Source: Candidatus Hydrothermus pacificus (GTDB lineage Bacteria > Hydrothermota > Hydrothermia > Hydrothermales > Hydrothermaceae). From it: 64,000 bases of DNA. The stretch's first letter is position 1. Each line of letters starts with the position of its first letter. This document shows positions 29,216 through 40,363 of this stretch, piece after piece. The position numbers were made by a program, and so were the translations under genes. Where the stretch lies: positions 1,749 to 65,748 of the forward strand of contig MTOH01000018.1 in NCBI GenBank assembly GCA_002011615.1, given 5' to 3'. The notes beneath the pieces were generated by a model, which saw only the letters and a list, made by a program, of their open reading frames with translations, was not told where the DNA came from and ran no database searches.

Positions 29216-32200
29216 ATGACAAAGGCAGCTTTAAGAAAACCCCTTCTGGTCATAGTGGTGTTTATCATTCTTTTAATAGGAGGACTTATATCTTTAAGGG
29301 AACTCCCAATAGACCTTTTCCCTGACATATCTCTTCCCATGATCTCAGTTGTGACATTTTATCCAGGAGCAGGTCCACTTGAAGTGGAAAATCAGGTGAC
29401 TGACTTAATAGAAGATGCTGCAAGCACAGTTCCAAACATAAAAAATATAAGGTCAATTTCACAGGAAAACATATCTGCTGTTACCCTTGAATTTGAATGG
29501 GGGACAGATGTAAATGAGGCAGCAAATGATTTGAGACCAAAAATAGATTTAATAAGAAGCGACCTGCCAGAGGATGCAGAATCTCCTGAAATATTCAAGT
29601 TTGATATATCAATGTATCCGATATTAATCCTCTCAATAACCGCAGAGGATACAACCTTTGACTTAAGAAAACTTTTTGATGAGGAGATAAAGGACGAAAT
29701 TGAAAGGGTTCCCGGTGTTGGTCAGGTTCAGTTCTGGGGAGGAGGAAAGAAAAGAATTGTAAAGGTAGAAGTCAAAAAAGATATAATGGAAACTTATGGA
29801 ATTGACTTAAACACCCTTGCAAATTTAATAAAGTTTGAAAATATGAATATCCCTGCGGGTGAAGTGGAATCCAGCAGTAAAGTGTATACTGTAAGAATCC
29901 CAGGGGAATTCAAAGATGTAAAGGAAATAGAAAACCTTCTTATTTATACTCCAAAGGGTGTAAAATTAAGGCTCGGAGATATCGCGGATGTAAAACTTGA
30001 TTATGAGAGGAGAATAAACTATGTAAGAAGCAATGGAAAACAGTCAATTTTAACAGGAATATTGAAGCAATCAGGTGCAAATACAGTAGAAGTTGCAGAA
30101 AATGTAAAAAAGAAGTTAGAAGAACTTCAAAAAAGGTATGAAGCTGACAGAATAAAATTTATTGAGATAATAGACTCATCAAAATTCATAAAGGACTCTA
30201 TTTTCAACCTCGCAAGAACGGTTCTAATAGCAGCAATACTGGTTATACTGGTTGCTTTTTTCTTTTTAAGAAACATAAGAGGAAGTTTAATAATAGCAGC
30301 AACAATACCTGTTTCCCTTATAGTTGCCTTTATATTCCTTTATCTTACGGGCGCATCGATAAATTTGGTTTCCCTTTCATCCCTTGCAATTGCAATAGGT
30401 ATGGTGGTTGACAGTGCTGTCGTTGTTCTTGAAAACATATTCTACCACAGGGAAAGGGGAGAGGGCAGAAGGGAATCCGCACTTTTCGGAACCCAGGAAG
30501 TAGCCCAGGCAATAACTGCATCAACCCTCACAACAATTGCAATATTCCTGCCAATAGTAATAATAAAGGGATTAATCTCTGTAATGTTCAAACAGCTTGC
30601 ATTTACAATATCCATAATACTTTTAACCTCCCTTTTTACCGCCTTCACTCTAACCCCTGTTCTGTCTTTAAAATTTTTAAAAATAAAAGAGAAAAAAGGT
30701 TTAAGCAAAAAAATATCCGATCTTCTTGAAAAACTATATTTACCCTTAGAAAAGGGATACAATCTATTCCTCTCTTTCAGTTTAAAACACAAATTAATTG
30801 TGTTTCTGAGTGGAACTTTTTTCTTTATACTCGGAATACTTCCCTTTGCAACAGGAATCTTAAAAACAGAATTTTTCCCTGAAACCGACACAGGACAGAT
30901 AAGGGGAAGTTTTATACTTGCTCCTGGAACAAAGCTTGAAGTCACAAACCGGGTTATTCAGGAGATTGAAGATTACACAATTGAGGAAATCCCTGAATAC
31001 AATGTTTATGGGGCAAGAGCAGGAAGAACAGAAGGCGGATGGGGGAGTATAATGGGAATGGCAGAAGGTGATAACACGGGCTTTTTTTCAGTAAGACTTG
31101 TTCCGAGAAACCAGAGAAAAAGAACAACTCAGGAAATAACATATCTTTTAAACGAAAGAATGAAAAAAATACCCGGCATTGTTCAGGGTTCCTTTGAGGT
31201 AAGTGGTGGATTTACAGCTCATCTTCTGGGAACATCTCCTCTGGAGATAAAAATATTCGGATATGATATAAAAGAGACAGATTCAATTGCAAATAAGGTT
31301 AAAGAAAAACTTGAGAAAATAAAAGGGATAACAGGACTTTCAATTTCAAGACAGTCAGGTAGTCCTGAACTTGTTTTTAGATTTAAAAGAAACATTTTAA
31401 AACACTACGGATTTTCAGCCTCCTATGTAGCAAGCTATTTAAGGGGTGCAATAACAGGAATAAAGGCAGGGGTTTTAAGAAAAGGTGGAGAGGAAATAGA
31501 TATAATCGTGAGACTCGATGAAAAATCAAGGAGAAACATAAATATCTTAAAATCAATCTCAATACCCCTTGCTAACGGTATGCGTATTCCTATAGAAAAC
31601 CTTGGGTCTTTTGAGGAAGAGAAAGGGCCTTTAAAAATAGACAGGGAAAACAAAGAAAGGATTGTAAAGGTTACAGGAAGTTTCTATGGCAGGGCTTTAA
31701 GTGAGATTATAAAAGATATTAACAGCACAATTTCTGAAATAGCTCTGCCCGAGGATATGAAGATTGAAATCGGAGGCTCCTTTTCCCAGCAGAGAGAAAG
31801 TTTTGGAGTTCTTTTACTTGCCTTTATAATAGGGGCAATCCTTGTCTACCTAGTTATGGTTGCTCAGTTTGAATCATTCCTTCATCCTTTTGTTATAATG
31901 TTTGCAGTTCCCTTCGGAATAGTGGGAGTCAGTGCAGCACACCTTGCTTCTGGAATACCCTTTTCGGTTAACTCATTCATAGGGCTTGTGATGCTTGTCG
32001 GAATAGTTGTAAATAACTCAATTGTTCTGATAGATTATGTTAATATCCTGAGAAAAAGGGGATATGAACTTTTAGAAGCAGTAAAAGAAGCAGGAAAAAG
32101 AAGGTTAAGACCAATAGTTATAACAACTGGAACAACCATATTCGGACTTTTGCCCCTTGCACTTTCAACTGCTGAGGGTTCTGAATCGTGGAGACCTCTT

Positions 32201-32305
32201 GGAGTTTCTGTTGTTGGAGGACTTTTAGTTTCAGCATTTATAAGTCTTATAATAGTTCCCATAGTTTATGTTTTTGTTGAAAGACTTAAAGGAGTTAAAA
32301 AATGA
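29216..32305 (+). CDS. efflux RND transporter permease subunit (AcrB/HAE family)
   Basis: 1029 aa, 12 TM segments with two large periplasmic loops. Conserved RND motifs (ISLRELPIDLFPDISLPMISV..., AIGMVVDSAVVVLENI). Confidence 0.9.
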   Translation: MTKAALRKPLLVIVVFIILLIGGLISLRELPIDLFPDISLPMISVVTFYPGAGPLEVENQVTDLIEDAASTVPNIKNIRSISQENISAVTLEFEWGTDVNEAANDLRPKIDLIRSDLPEDAESPEIFKFDISMYPILILSITAEDTTFDLRKLFDEEIKDEIERVPGVGQVQFWGGGKKRIVKVEVKKDIMETYGIDLNTLANLIKFENMNIPAGEVESSSKVYTVRIPGEFKDVKEIENLLIYTPKGVKLRLGDIADVKLDYERRINYVRSNGKQSILTGILKQSGANTVEVAENVKKKLEELQKRYEADRIKFIEIIDSSKFIKDSIFNLARTVLIAAILVILVAFFFLRNIRGSLIIAATIPVSLIVAFIFLYLTGASINLVSLSSLAIAIGMVVDSAVVVLENIFYHRERGEGRRESALFGTQEVAQAITASTLTTIAIFLPIVIIKGLISVMFKQLAFTISIILLTSLFTAFTLTPVLSLKFLKIKEKKGLSKKISDLLEKLYLPLEKGYNLFLSFSLKHKLIVFLSGTFFFILGILPFATGILKTEFFPETDTGQIRGSFILAPGTKLEVTNRVIQEIEDYTIEEIPEYNVYGARAGRTEGGWGSIMGMAEGDNTGFFSVRLVPRNQRKRTTQEITYLLNERMKKIPGIVQGSFEVSGGFTAHLLGTSPLEIKIFGYDIKETDSIANKVKEKLEKIKGITGLSISRQSGSPELVFRFKRNILKHYGFSASYVASYLRGAITGIKAGVLRKGGEEIDIIVRLDEKSRRNINILKSISIPLANGMRIPIENLGSFEEEKGPLKIDRENKERIVKVTGSFYGRALSEIIKDINSTISEIALPEDMKIEIGGSFSQQRESFGVLLLAFIIGAILVYLVMVAQFESFLHPFVIMFAVPFGIVGVSAAHLASGIPFSVNSFIGLVMLVGIVVNNSIVLIDYVNILRKRGYELLEAVKEAGKRRLRPIVITTGTTIFGLLPLALSTAEGSESWRPLGVSVVGGLLVSAFISLIIVPIVYVFVERLKGVKK

Positions 32306-32592
32306 AGATGCTTCAGATAATATGTGATTCTGGTTTTGAGGATTATCTCCTTGAAAATTTTGAAAAGGAAGGGATAAAGTATTTCACAAAAATAGAAAAG
32401 GCACTGGGAAAGGGAAGTTCTTCAGAACCTCATTTGGATTCCCACATATGGCCGGGCTTTCACGTGCTCTACTTCGTCGCTGTTCAGGATGAAAAATACG
32501 ATAAAATAAAAAAATTACTTTTAAAAATGAAAAAGGAACTTAAAGGAAGGGGCTTCAAGGTATTTGTGTATGATATATTTGAGGAAATATGA
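32302..32592 (+). CDS. small (96 aa) hypothetical protein translationally coupled to the RND pump; possibly PII-like (DUF3240-like)
   Basis: ATGA overlap with the RND stop and with the downstream amidohydrolase start. The possible resemblance to small PII-fold proteins (DUF3240) that sit next to heavy-metal RND pumps is recalled from memory, not verified. Confidence 0.3.
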   Translation: MKMLQIICDSGFEDYLLENFEKEGIKYFTKIEKALGKGSSSEPHLDSHIWPGFHVLYFVAVQDEKYDKIKKLLLKMKKELKGRGFKVFVYDIFEEI

Positions 32593-33998
32593 TAATTCAG
32601 GATCTGGAAAAAGCCATTGAGGTAGAAAAAGGAAAAATCAAAAGGATTTACAAAAAGGGTGAGGTAAAGGCGGATTTTAAGTTTGAAGGAAAGATATATC
32701 CTTCTTTCTGCGATTCCCATACCCATATTACAGGGCTTGGTCTTTCTGAGATAAGATACAGTTTAAAGGGCAAAAAATCAAAAGAAGAGGTTTATGAATT
32801 TCTTAAAGGAATTTTAAAAGAAAAAAGGGAGACAATAATTGCTTATGATTTTGATGAAAGTAAGTGGAAGGAGAAAGAATTCCCAAAGAAAGAGGAACTC
32901 GATAAAATTTCAAGGGATGTTCCAATAATTTTAAGGAGAATCTGTGGTCATTTTGCTGTTGGAAATTCAAAGGCTCTTGAGATTTTAAAGAATGCTAAGG
33001 GAATTGACTTTGAAACAGGAATAATGAAGGAAGAGGTCCCTTTGAATTTAAATCACTATTTTCCTCCTTCAAAAGAGGAAATCAAAAGGGCATTTGTAAA
33101 GGGGCAGGAAATCGCTTTACCAAAGGGAATCACAGAAGTTCACGACATTGTGGGGCTTAAAAACTTTGAAAACATAACAGAATTTGAGGAGAAAGATTTT
33201 TTAATAAGGATAAATCTCTATGTTGTTCTAAAAAACTTATATGAAATAAAAGAATTTGAAAGAATAAAGGAAAAATTTAAAGAAAAAGAATTTTTAAAAT
33301 TAAAGGGGATAAAAGTTTTTTCTGATGGCTCCATAGGTGCAAGAACCGCATTTCTAAAAGAAGACTACGCAGATTTAAAGGGTGAAAGGGGCAAACTTTT
33401 GATTGATGAAGAAACTTTAAAAGAATTTATAAGATATGCTGAGGAAAAAGGTATTCAGCTTCTTGTTCATGCAATAGGTGATTCTGCAATAGAGTTTGTA
33501 TTAAAGACCTTTAACAAAATGATTTCAAAAAATTCTTTAAGGCATAGAATAGAGCATTTTGAACTTGTAAATAAAAATATAATTAAAATGGCAAAGAAAA
33601 CAGGTATCTATCTTTCAATGCAGCCAAACTTTGTAAGAGAATGGCAAGAGAAAAACGGAATGTATTATAAAAGGCTGGGAGAGGAAAGATGGAAAAAAAT
33701 GAACTTATTTAAAACCCTTTTAAATGAAGGCTTAAAAATTGCCTTTGGTTCTGACTGCATGCCAATAGGTCCTCTATACGGAATAGAAGGTGCATTAAAT
33801 CATTCCTTAAAGGAAGAAAGAATTGATTTTGAAACAGCAATAAAACTCTATACTGAAAAACCAAGGAAATTCTGTTTTGAGGAAAACAAAAGGGGCAAAA
33901 TAAAGGAAAACTGCGATGCAGATTTAATCTTACTTAATGAAAAAAACAACTTGCATGCAACAATTTTTAAAAGTAAAATTTTTTACTCGTCTACTTGA
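32589..33998 (+). CDS. amidohydrolase-family metal-dependent hydrolase
   Basis: Metal-binding H-x-H (FCDSHTHITGLG), later LLVHAIGD and FGSDC motifs typical of the amidohydrolase superfamily (TIM barrel). Confidence 0.7.
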   Translation: MIIQDLEKAIEVEKGKIKRIYKKGEVKADFKFEGKIYPSFCDSHTHITGLGLSEIRYSLKGKKSKEEVYEFLKGILKEKRETIIAYDFDESKWKEKEFPKKEELDKISRDVPIILRRICGHFAVGNSKALEILKNAKGIDFETGIMKEEVPLNLNHYFPPSKEEIKRAFVKGQEIALPKGITEVHDIVGLKNFENITEFEEKDFLIRINLYVVLKNLYEIKEFERIKEKFKEKEFLKLKGIKVFSDGSIGARTAFLKEDYADLKGERGKLLIDEETLKEFIRYAEEKGIQLLVHAIGDSAIEFVLKTFNKMISKNSLRHRIEHFELVNKNIIKMAKKTGIYLSMQPNFVREWQEKNGMYYKRLGEERWKKMNLFKTLLNEGLKIAFGSDCMPIGPLYGIEGALNHSLKEERIDFETAIKLYTEKPRKFCFEENKRGKIKENCDADLILLNEKNNLHATIFKSKIFYSST

Positions 33999-34023
33999 CA
34001 TTTTTTTCTATTTCCTGTATTAT
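33995..34023 (+). promoter_or_regulatory. rRNA promoter (TTGACA-17-TATTAT) overlapping the stop codon of the amidohydrolase gene
   Basis: ttgaca at 33995..34000, 17-nt spacer, tattat at 34018..34023, about 75 nt upstream of the 16S 5' end. Confidence 0.45.
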
Positions 34024-34097
34024 ATATACTCTTTAAAAATTTTTTAATCTTTGAAAAGAACGATGGATGTGTTCTGGAAGGATTATAAAAAAATTTT

Positions 34098-35661
<1,564 letters not shown>

Positions 35662-35734
35662 CATAAGGAAAAAATCTTCCATATTTTTCTTCCAGAACAC
35701 ATCCATCTTTTAAAAATTTAAGAAGGAGGTGTAA

Positions 35735-36277
35735 ATGAAAAAAGTAGCAGTGGTGGTAACAGTGTTATTCGCTTCATTCCTGTATGCAATTGGAGGGCTG
35801 CCTTTCCAGATTGAAGGAAAATTTAACTATAATATGTTAAGTAATGCAGGGGGCGTTCAGGACCTGGATGCGAATGTTATGAACATTGGAATAAATGCAG
35901 TTTTGCCAGTCTTCATGGGATTGAAAGCAAGACTGGATGTTATTGGATTTGAGATGTACACTGTTAAGCCAGAAGTCGGAGATGAATCCACAACCAACAC
36001 ATTTAGTCTGAACCTTCTAAGCGGTGGAGACCTGATGTATTGTTTCCCTGTGCCCACATTCAATCCCTATCTTTTCATGGGGCTTGGAGTCGCAAATGTT
36101 TCTCCTGAAGTGGGAGATGCAATAACTTCCTTTAAAGTAAGAGCGGGAGTAGGTGGAGGATATTCACTTCCCACAGTGTCATTCTTCCTTGAAGCAGGAT
36201 ATGAAATGTTTGACTCTGGTATTGAAGGTGCCGAAAGTGAAGGCACAATCTTAATAGGCGCCGGAGCAAGATTCTAA
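35735..36277 (+). CDS. small outer-membrane beta-barrel protein (OmpW/OmpA-barrel-like), C-terminal Phe
   Basis: Signal peptide MKKVAVVVTVLFASFLYA, alternating amphipathic beta-strands, ends ...ILIGAGARF (aromatic C-terminus typical of BAM substrates). SD aaggaggtg 5 nt upstream of the ATG. Confidence 0.6.
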   Translation: MKKVAVVVTVLFASFLYAIGGLPFQIEGKFNYNMLSNAGGVQDLDANVMNIGINAVLPVFMGLKARLDVIGFEMYTVKPEVGDESTTNTFSLNLLSGGDLMYCFPVPTFNPYLFMGLGVANVSPEVGDAITSFKVRAGVGGGYSLPTVSFFLEAGYEMFDSGIEGAESEGTILIGAGARF

Positions 36278-36300
36278 AGAATTCTGATTTACTGAAACTC

Positions 36301-36347
36301 AAAGGGGAGGCTCTGTCCTCCCCTTTCTTATTTATTTAGTTTTTTTC
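36301..36347 (+). terminator. rho-independent terminator
   Basis: aaaggggagg (36301..36310), loop ctctgt, cctcccctttc (36317..36327), followed by a T-rich tract. Confidence 0.6.
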
Positions 36348-36396
36348 GTTCTTTTACTTTTAACATTTAACCAGTTTTCTTTAAAATATATTTCTT

Positions 36397-37626
36397 ATGA
36401 AATTTCAAAGAATTAAAGGAACAAGGGATATATATGGAAAAGAATATGAAATATTGATGGAATTCTATCAAAGGGCAAAGAAAACAATGGATAAATTCGG
36501 ATATTCTTTTATAATAACCCCTACCTTTGAAGATGTAAATCTTTTTATCCACTCAACAGGTGAAACAACTGATATTGTTGAGAAAGAAATGTATGTTTTT
36601 GAGGATAAAGGTGGAAGAAAAGTTGCTTTAAGACCCGAGGGAACCCCTTCTGTTCTAAGAGCTATCTTAGAAAACGATATAGAGATTCCCTGTAAAGTTG
36701 CTTATTTTGCAAATATGTTCAGGCACGAAAAACCGCAAAAGGGAAGGTTTAGAGAATTTTATCAACTTGGTGTTGAATATATAGGGTATATAGACCCTCT
36801 TGTTGACTTTGAAATGTTTCTAATAATAAGAGAACTCATGGATATATTTGAGGTAAAAAACTATTATTTTGAAGTAAATTCCATGGGATGCATTGACGAT
36901 AGAAAAAGATATAAAGAAGAATTAAAAAACTATTTATCAGAAAAACTTGAAGTTCTATGCAATGATTGCAAAAGGAGATTCCAAAGGAATCCTTTGAGAA
37001 TCCTTGATTGTAAAATTGATGCTGAAAAAATAAAAGATTTTCCCAGAATAACAGAGTTTTTATGTGATGGGTGTGCAGAACATTTTGAAAAGTTGAAAAT
37101 GTATCTTAATAAAAATAATATAAAATTCAGTATTAATCCAAAACTTGTAAGAGGTATTGATTATTATACAAAAACGGTTTTTGAAGTAAAATCAGGCAGG
37201 CTCGGAGCACAGGACGCACTCGGTGGGGGAGGCAGATACGATGGACTTATGAAAATAATAGGTGGTCCTGACACCCCTGCCTGTGGTTTTGCAATGGGGA
37301 TGGAAAGGATAATGCTGGCTTCGGAATATAAGTTACCTTATGAAAAGGATTTAATATTTATTGTATATACCAGCCCCGAGTTAAAAGAAAAGGCATACAA
37401 CCTATATCTTTTCTTAACAAAAGAAACCCTTAAATGTGATATTGTTCTTGATACCAAATCTTTGAAATCTCAGATGAGAAGGGCAAACAAAAAGGGAGCA
37501 AAATATGTTGTAATACTTGGAGAAGAAGAAGAAAAAATGGGAGGATACAAAATAAAGGACATGGAAAAAGGAGAAGAAAAATTTATTAAAAAAGAGAATC
37601 TTCCAGATTATTTTAAAAATATTTAA
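36397..37626 (+). CDS. hisS: histidine--tRNA ligase
   Basis: Class II aaRS motifs (RIKGTRDIYGKEY..., FRHEKPQKGRFREFYQLGVE, GGGRYDGL) and C-terminal anticodon-binding domain. Confidence 0.9.
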   Translation: MKFQRIKGTRDIYGKEYEILMEFYQRAKKTMDKFGYSFIITPTFEDVNLFIHSTGETTDIVEKEMYVFEDKGGRKVALRPEGTPSVLRAILENDIEIPCKVAYFANMFRHEKPQKGRFREFYQLGVEYIGYIDPLVDFEMFLIIRELMDIFEVKNYYFEVNSMGCIDDRKRYKEELKNYLSEKLEVLCNDCKRRFQRNPLRILDCKIDAEKIKDFPRITEFLCDGCAEHFEKLKMYLNKNNIKFSINPKLVRGIDYYTKTVFEVKSGRLGAQDALGGGGRYDGLMKIIGGPDTPACGFAMGMERIMLASEYKLPYEKDLIFIVYTSPELKEKAYNLYLFLTKETLKCDIVLDTKSLKSQMRRANKKGAKYVVILGEEEEKMGGYKIKDMEKGEEKFIKKENLPDYFKNI

Positions 37627-37641
37627 GACCCGAGAAATCTA

Positions 37642-38490
37642 TCAGAGTATTTCAAAATCAATCCTTGATGTTTCAAATCCTGTTTCTTTAAAAAATCCCT
37701 CAAGATACAAAACTTTACCTTTTGGAAGCTTGAGGTTCTCATTAACCCATCTCATTATCCTTTCATACCTTTTCTTTGTAAGTTCAGGGTCCTTCCCATA
37801 AACCATTACCTTTACCTTTGCTCTTGCCTTTTCCTTTATTATTGATTTTGCCTCTTCCAGGAGAGATTGAGACTTTATTTTGTCTCTGTCTTTTTCAAAA
37901 ATTTCGTTCCCATCAACTGATACAATCCATCTTACACCCTCTTCATATAGAATACCACTGAGTTTGATTTTCTTGGGGACAGTTTTTACCTCATTACCCG
38001 CAGCATCCCTGACCTGAAAGGTGTAAAAATAATCCAGACTCACATCAATAACATCGTTCTTTTCATTTCTTCCATTCCATTTTATAACCCTCGGTGGTCT
38101 GCCTTCTCCCGAATAAATTCTGAAAACCCTGTTGTTTGAATCAAGAATTCTTAACGTCCATTCTTTAACCTCTCTTCCAAAAAATGGATTGAAAAATCCT
38201 ATTTCACCCCTTACAATACTCTGGAGCCATGCTTTTCTGAGTTCCTCTGATGCGAGAGAGGGAAGAGGTGGCTTTATTATACCTTTACCAAAACGCTCGT
38301 CATATATGTATCCTTTTTTAACCAGAGGGTCATAGGCAGCATCAATTGGATTGTAAAAGAGTTTCCACACTCTTTTTCTCTCCTCTATAACTCCCTTGTA
38401 TTTCTCCTTGATTTCATATTCTTTCTTTTCTTCCTCCTGTTGAGAGAAAAGAGGCAAGGTTATTAAAAATAAAATTAAAAATTTTTTCAT
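37642..38490 (-). CDS. secreted hypothetical protein with FlgD-Ig-like segment
   Basis: Signal peptide. Segment PRVIKWNGRNEKNDVIDVSLDYFYTFQVRDAAGNE resembles the Ig-like W-D/N-G-R-D/N ... G-x-Y motif also seen at the C-terminus of 43785..45077. Last gene of the Ton cluster. Confidence 0.35.
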   Translation of the reverse strand: MKKFLILFLITLPLFSQQEEEKKEYEIKEKYKGVIEERKRVWKLFYNPIDAAYDPLVKKGYIYDERFGKGIIKPPLPSLASEELRKAWLQSIVRGEIGFFNPFFGREVKEWTLRILDSNNRVFRIYSGEGRPPRVIKWNGRNEKNDVIDVSLDYFYTFQVRDAAGNEVKTVPKKIKLSGILYEEGVRWIVSVDGNEIFEKDRDKIKSQSLLEEAKSIIKEKARAKVKVMVYGKDPELTKKRYERIMRWVNENLKLPKGKVLYLEGFFKETGFETSRIDFEIL

Positions 38491-38493
38491 TTT

Positions 38494-39522
38494 CTATTCA
38501 AGAATAAACCTGAAAGTTATATAGCCCGATTGCAGAGTTTCAGTTCCGGGTGGCAATGCCTCAAATTTCCATGTTATCACTGTTCTTCTAACCATATCAT
38601 CCCATTCAGGATAACCTGATGTCTGGAATACAACTATATTGGATTTTACCCTGCCCTCGGGCGTTACATAAAGCCTCAACACAATAACAGCCTCTGCCCC
38701 CCTTTGAGCAGCCCATGAGGGATAAGAAGGCATGGGTCCATAAAGAATTTTCCTGTTTGCTATGCTCCCTGATATTTCAAAGGTTACTCTTTTTTCTTTT
38801 TTTACACCGGGCGTTGTTTTTACTTTTACACCTGGTGTATGGGTAACAGGCGGGGGCGTGGATTCTTCAATCTTTACACCTATGTTCAATCTACTTCCAC
38901 CACCTCCTCCTGACCCGGGTTCCATCAAACCACCACCTCCTCCCTGTGCATATTCAGGTGCAGTCTGACCTATGCTTATCGCGGATTTATGAACAGGCGA
39001 TTTAAGAATTTCAGAAGTCGGAACCCCCCTGCCCACAACTATTTCACCACCAAGTCCACTTTCTTCAACTGCAATATCTGATATATCTATTTGAGCCTGT
39101 GGACCCGGTGTCTCTGTAACTTCTTTTATCTCAATACCTCCTATGGGTGGAACAACACCTGGTTCCTGTGGCAAATTTTTAACCTCAGGTATCTCCAGTT
39201 TTTGGGTAACCACAGGGACTCTTGGAGGCTCAGGAGGTGCCATCTTTTTCAATGCATGCATTATATTTGGAGCAACTTTCATCTGTCTCGGCTTGGGCTC
39301 TTCAGGTTTTTTTTCTTCCACCTGAGACCCGGATCCCTTTCTCTTCTCCTCTTCAAGAAGGGTAACTGATAAGCTTCTTGTCGTCTCTATTCTTTCCTGT
39401 CTTAAAAACAGAAGTAAAAATATGACTATATGAACTACTACGGAGGTTACAAGTCCAAAATAACTATTTTTTCTCGAGGGTTTATAAACAAGAGAATAAA
39501 CCTTTGTTGTTGTAACTCTCAT
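38494..39522 (-). CDS. tonB: energy transducer TonB (N-terminal TM anchor, Pro/Gly-rich spacer, C-terminal TonB domain)
   Basis: TM helix, proline-rich (PPEPPRVPVV..., PGVVPPIGG) and Gly-rich (QGGGGGLMEPGSGGGGGS) linker. C-terminal PSYPSWAAQRGAEAVIVLRLYVTPEGRV...ITFRF typical of the TonB C-terminal domain. Confidence 0.75.
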   Translation of the reverse strand: MRVTTTKVYSLVYKPSRKNSYFGLVTSVVVHIVIFLLLFLRQERIETTRSLSVTLLEEEKRKGSGSQVEEKKPEEPKPRQMKVAPNIMHALKKMAPPEPPRVPVVTQKLEIPEVKNLPQEPGVVPPIGGIEIKEVTETPGPQAQIDISDIAVEESGLGGEIVVGRGVPTSEILKSPVHKSAISIGQTAPEYAQGGGGGLMEPGSGGGGGSRLNIGVKIEESTPPPVTHTPGVKVKTTPGVKKEKRVTFEISGSIANRKILYGPMPSYPSWAAQRGAEAVIVLRLYVTPEGRVKSNIVVFQTSGYPEWDDMVRRTVITWKFEALPPGTETLQSGYITFRFILE

Positions 39523-39956
39523 TCTTTTTTCCTCGTTCCAAAAGCAACTTTATAAAAGAACTCTTTATTTTCATGAGAAAATTCTGCGCTCAATTTTTTC
39601 AAGTCGTCAAGAACTCTTAAAACAATACCATGAGGAACATCTTTATCAGCTCTTATAAGCAAAAGTCTCGAGGGGTCTGTTTCAGCCTCCTGCTTTACAA
39701 AATCTATATAATTGACCCAGCTCATAGGTTCTCCCTGAACAGCAACTCTGGTCCCCTTTTTGTCTATATCAATGGTAACCATTTCCGCACCTCTTGGTTC
39801 AACAGTCTTTGCATAGGGCAAAATCACCTGAAATGGAGGAGGCTTTAAATGAATAACAGCAGTTGCTATCATAAAAGTTATTAAAACAGTAAATGCAACA
39901 TCACACAAGGGGGTAATATTAATTCTTGCAAATTGTCTTTCCTTTCTTACACTCAT
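39519..39956 (-). CDS. exbD: biopolymer transport protein ExbD/TolR
   Basis: Single N-terminal TM helix plus periplasmic domain (INITPLCDVAFTVLITFM..., LLIRADKDVPHGIVLRVLDDLKK). Confidence 0.75.
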   Translation of the reverse strand: MSVRKERQFARINITPLCDVAFTVLITFMIATAVIHLKPPPFQVILPYAKTVEPRGAEMVTIDIDKKGTRVAVQGEPMSWVNYIDFVKQEAETDPSRLLLIRADKDVPHGIVLRVLDDLKKLSAEFSHENKEFFYKVAFGTRKKE

Positions 39957-40363
39957 TTTCTCCTTAAAAGGGCAACCTCAACAGCACCCTTTTGTTTCGC
40001 AAGGTCAAGAATCTCAACAACTTTACCATGAGGAACAAGAGAATCGGCAGAAACTATGACCAGCCTTGAAGGACTTCTTGCAAGAAGCTCGGGGAGAAGG
40101 GTATCGAGTTTTTCATAGGTGACAGCCTGCTCGTTTAAAACTATCTGACCATTTTCCTTTATGTGAATATTTACTTTGAATTCAGTTGTCGGGGATTTTT
40201 TCTCAAAAGGGGCTTTCCTTACCTTTGGTGCAGTAACTGAAAGCCATGTCTGAAAAATCGGAGCTGCACCAAGCACAAATACCAGAACAAGTAAAAGAGC
40301 AATGTTTATTCCCGGAGTTAAATCTATTGACCAGTCACCTCCTGTAAGTGTTCTCCTTCTCAT
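39953..40363 (-). CDS. exbD: biopolymer transport protein ExbD/TolR (second copy)
   Basis: Same architecture as above (TPGINIALLLVLVFVLG..., VIVSADSLVPHGKVVEILDLAKQKG). Confidence 0.75.
   Translation of the reverse strand: MRRRTLTGGDWSIDLTPGINIALLLVLVFVLGAAPIFQTWLSVTAPKVRKAPFEKKSPTTEFKVNIHIKENGQIVLNEQAVTYEKLDTLLPELLARSPSRLVIVSADSLVPHGKVVEILDLAKQKGAVEVALLRRK

Noticed and set aside
35662-35734. Expected tRNA-Ile/tRNA-Ala in the spacer after the 16S
   Set aside because: Only 73 nt separate the 16S end from the OMP start codon. This space is occupied by the processing-stem half and the SD. There is no cloverleaf-capable sequence.
36367-36552. ORF 36367..36552(-) overlapping the hisS start
   Set aside because: Antisense to the well-supported hisS N-terminus, with low-complexity translation.
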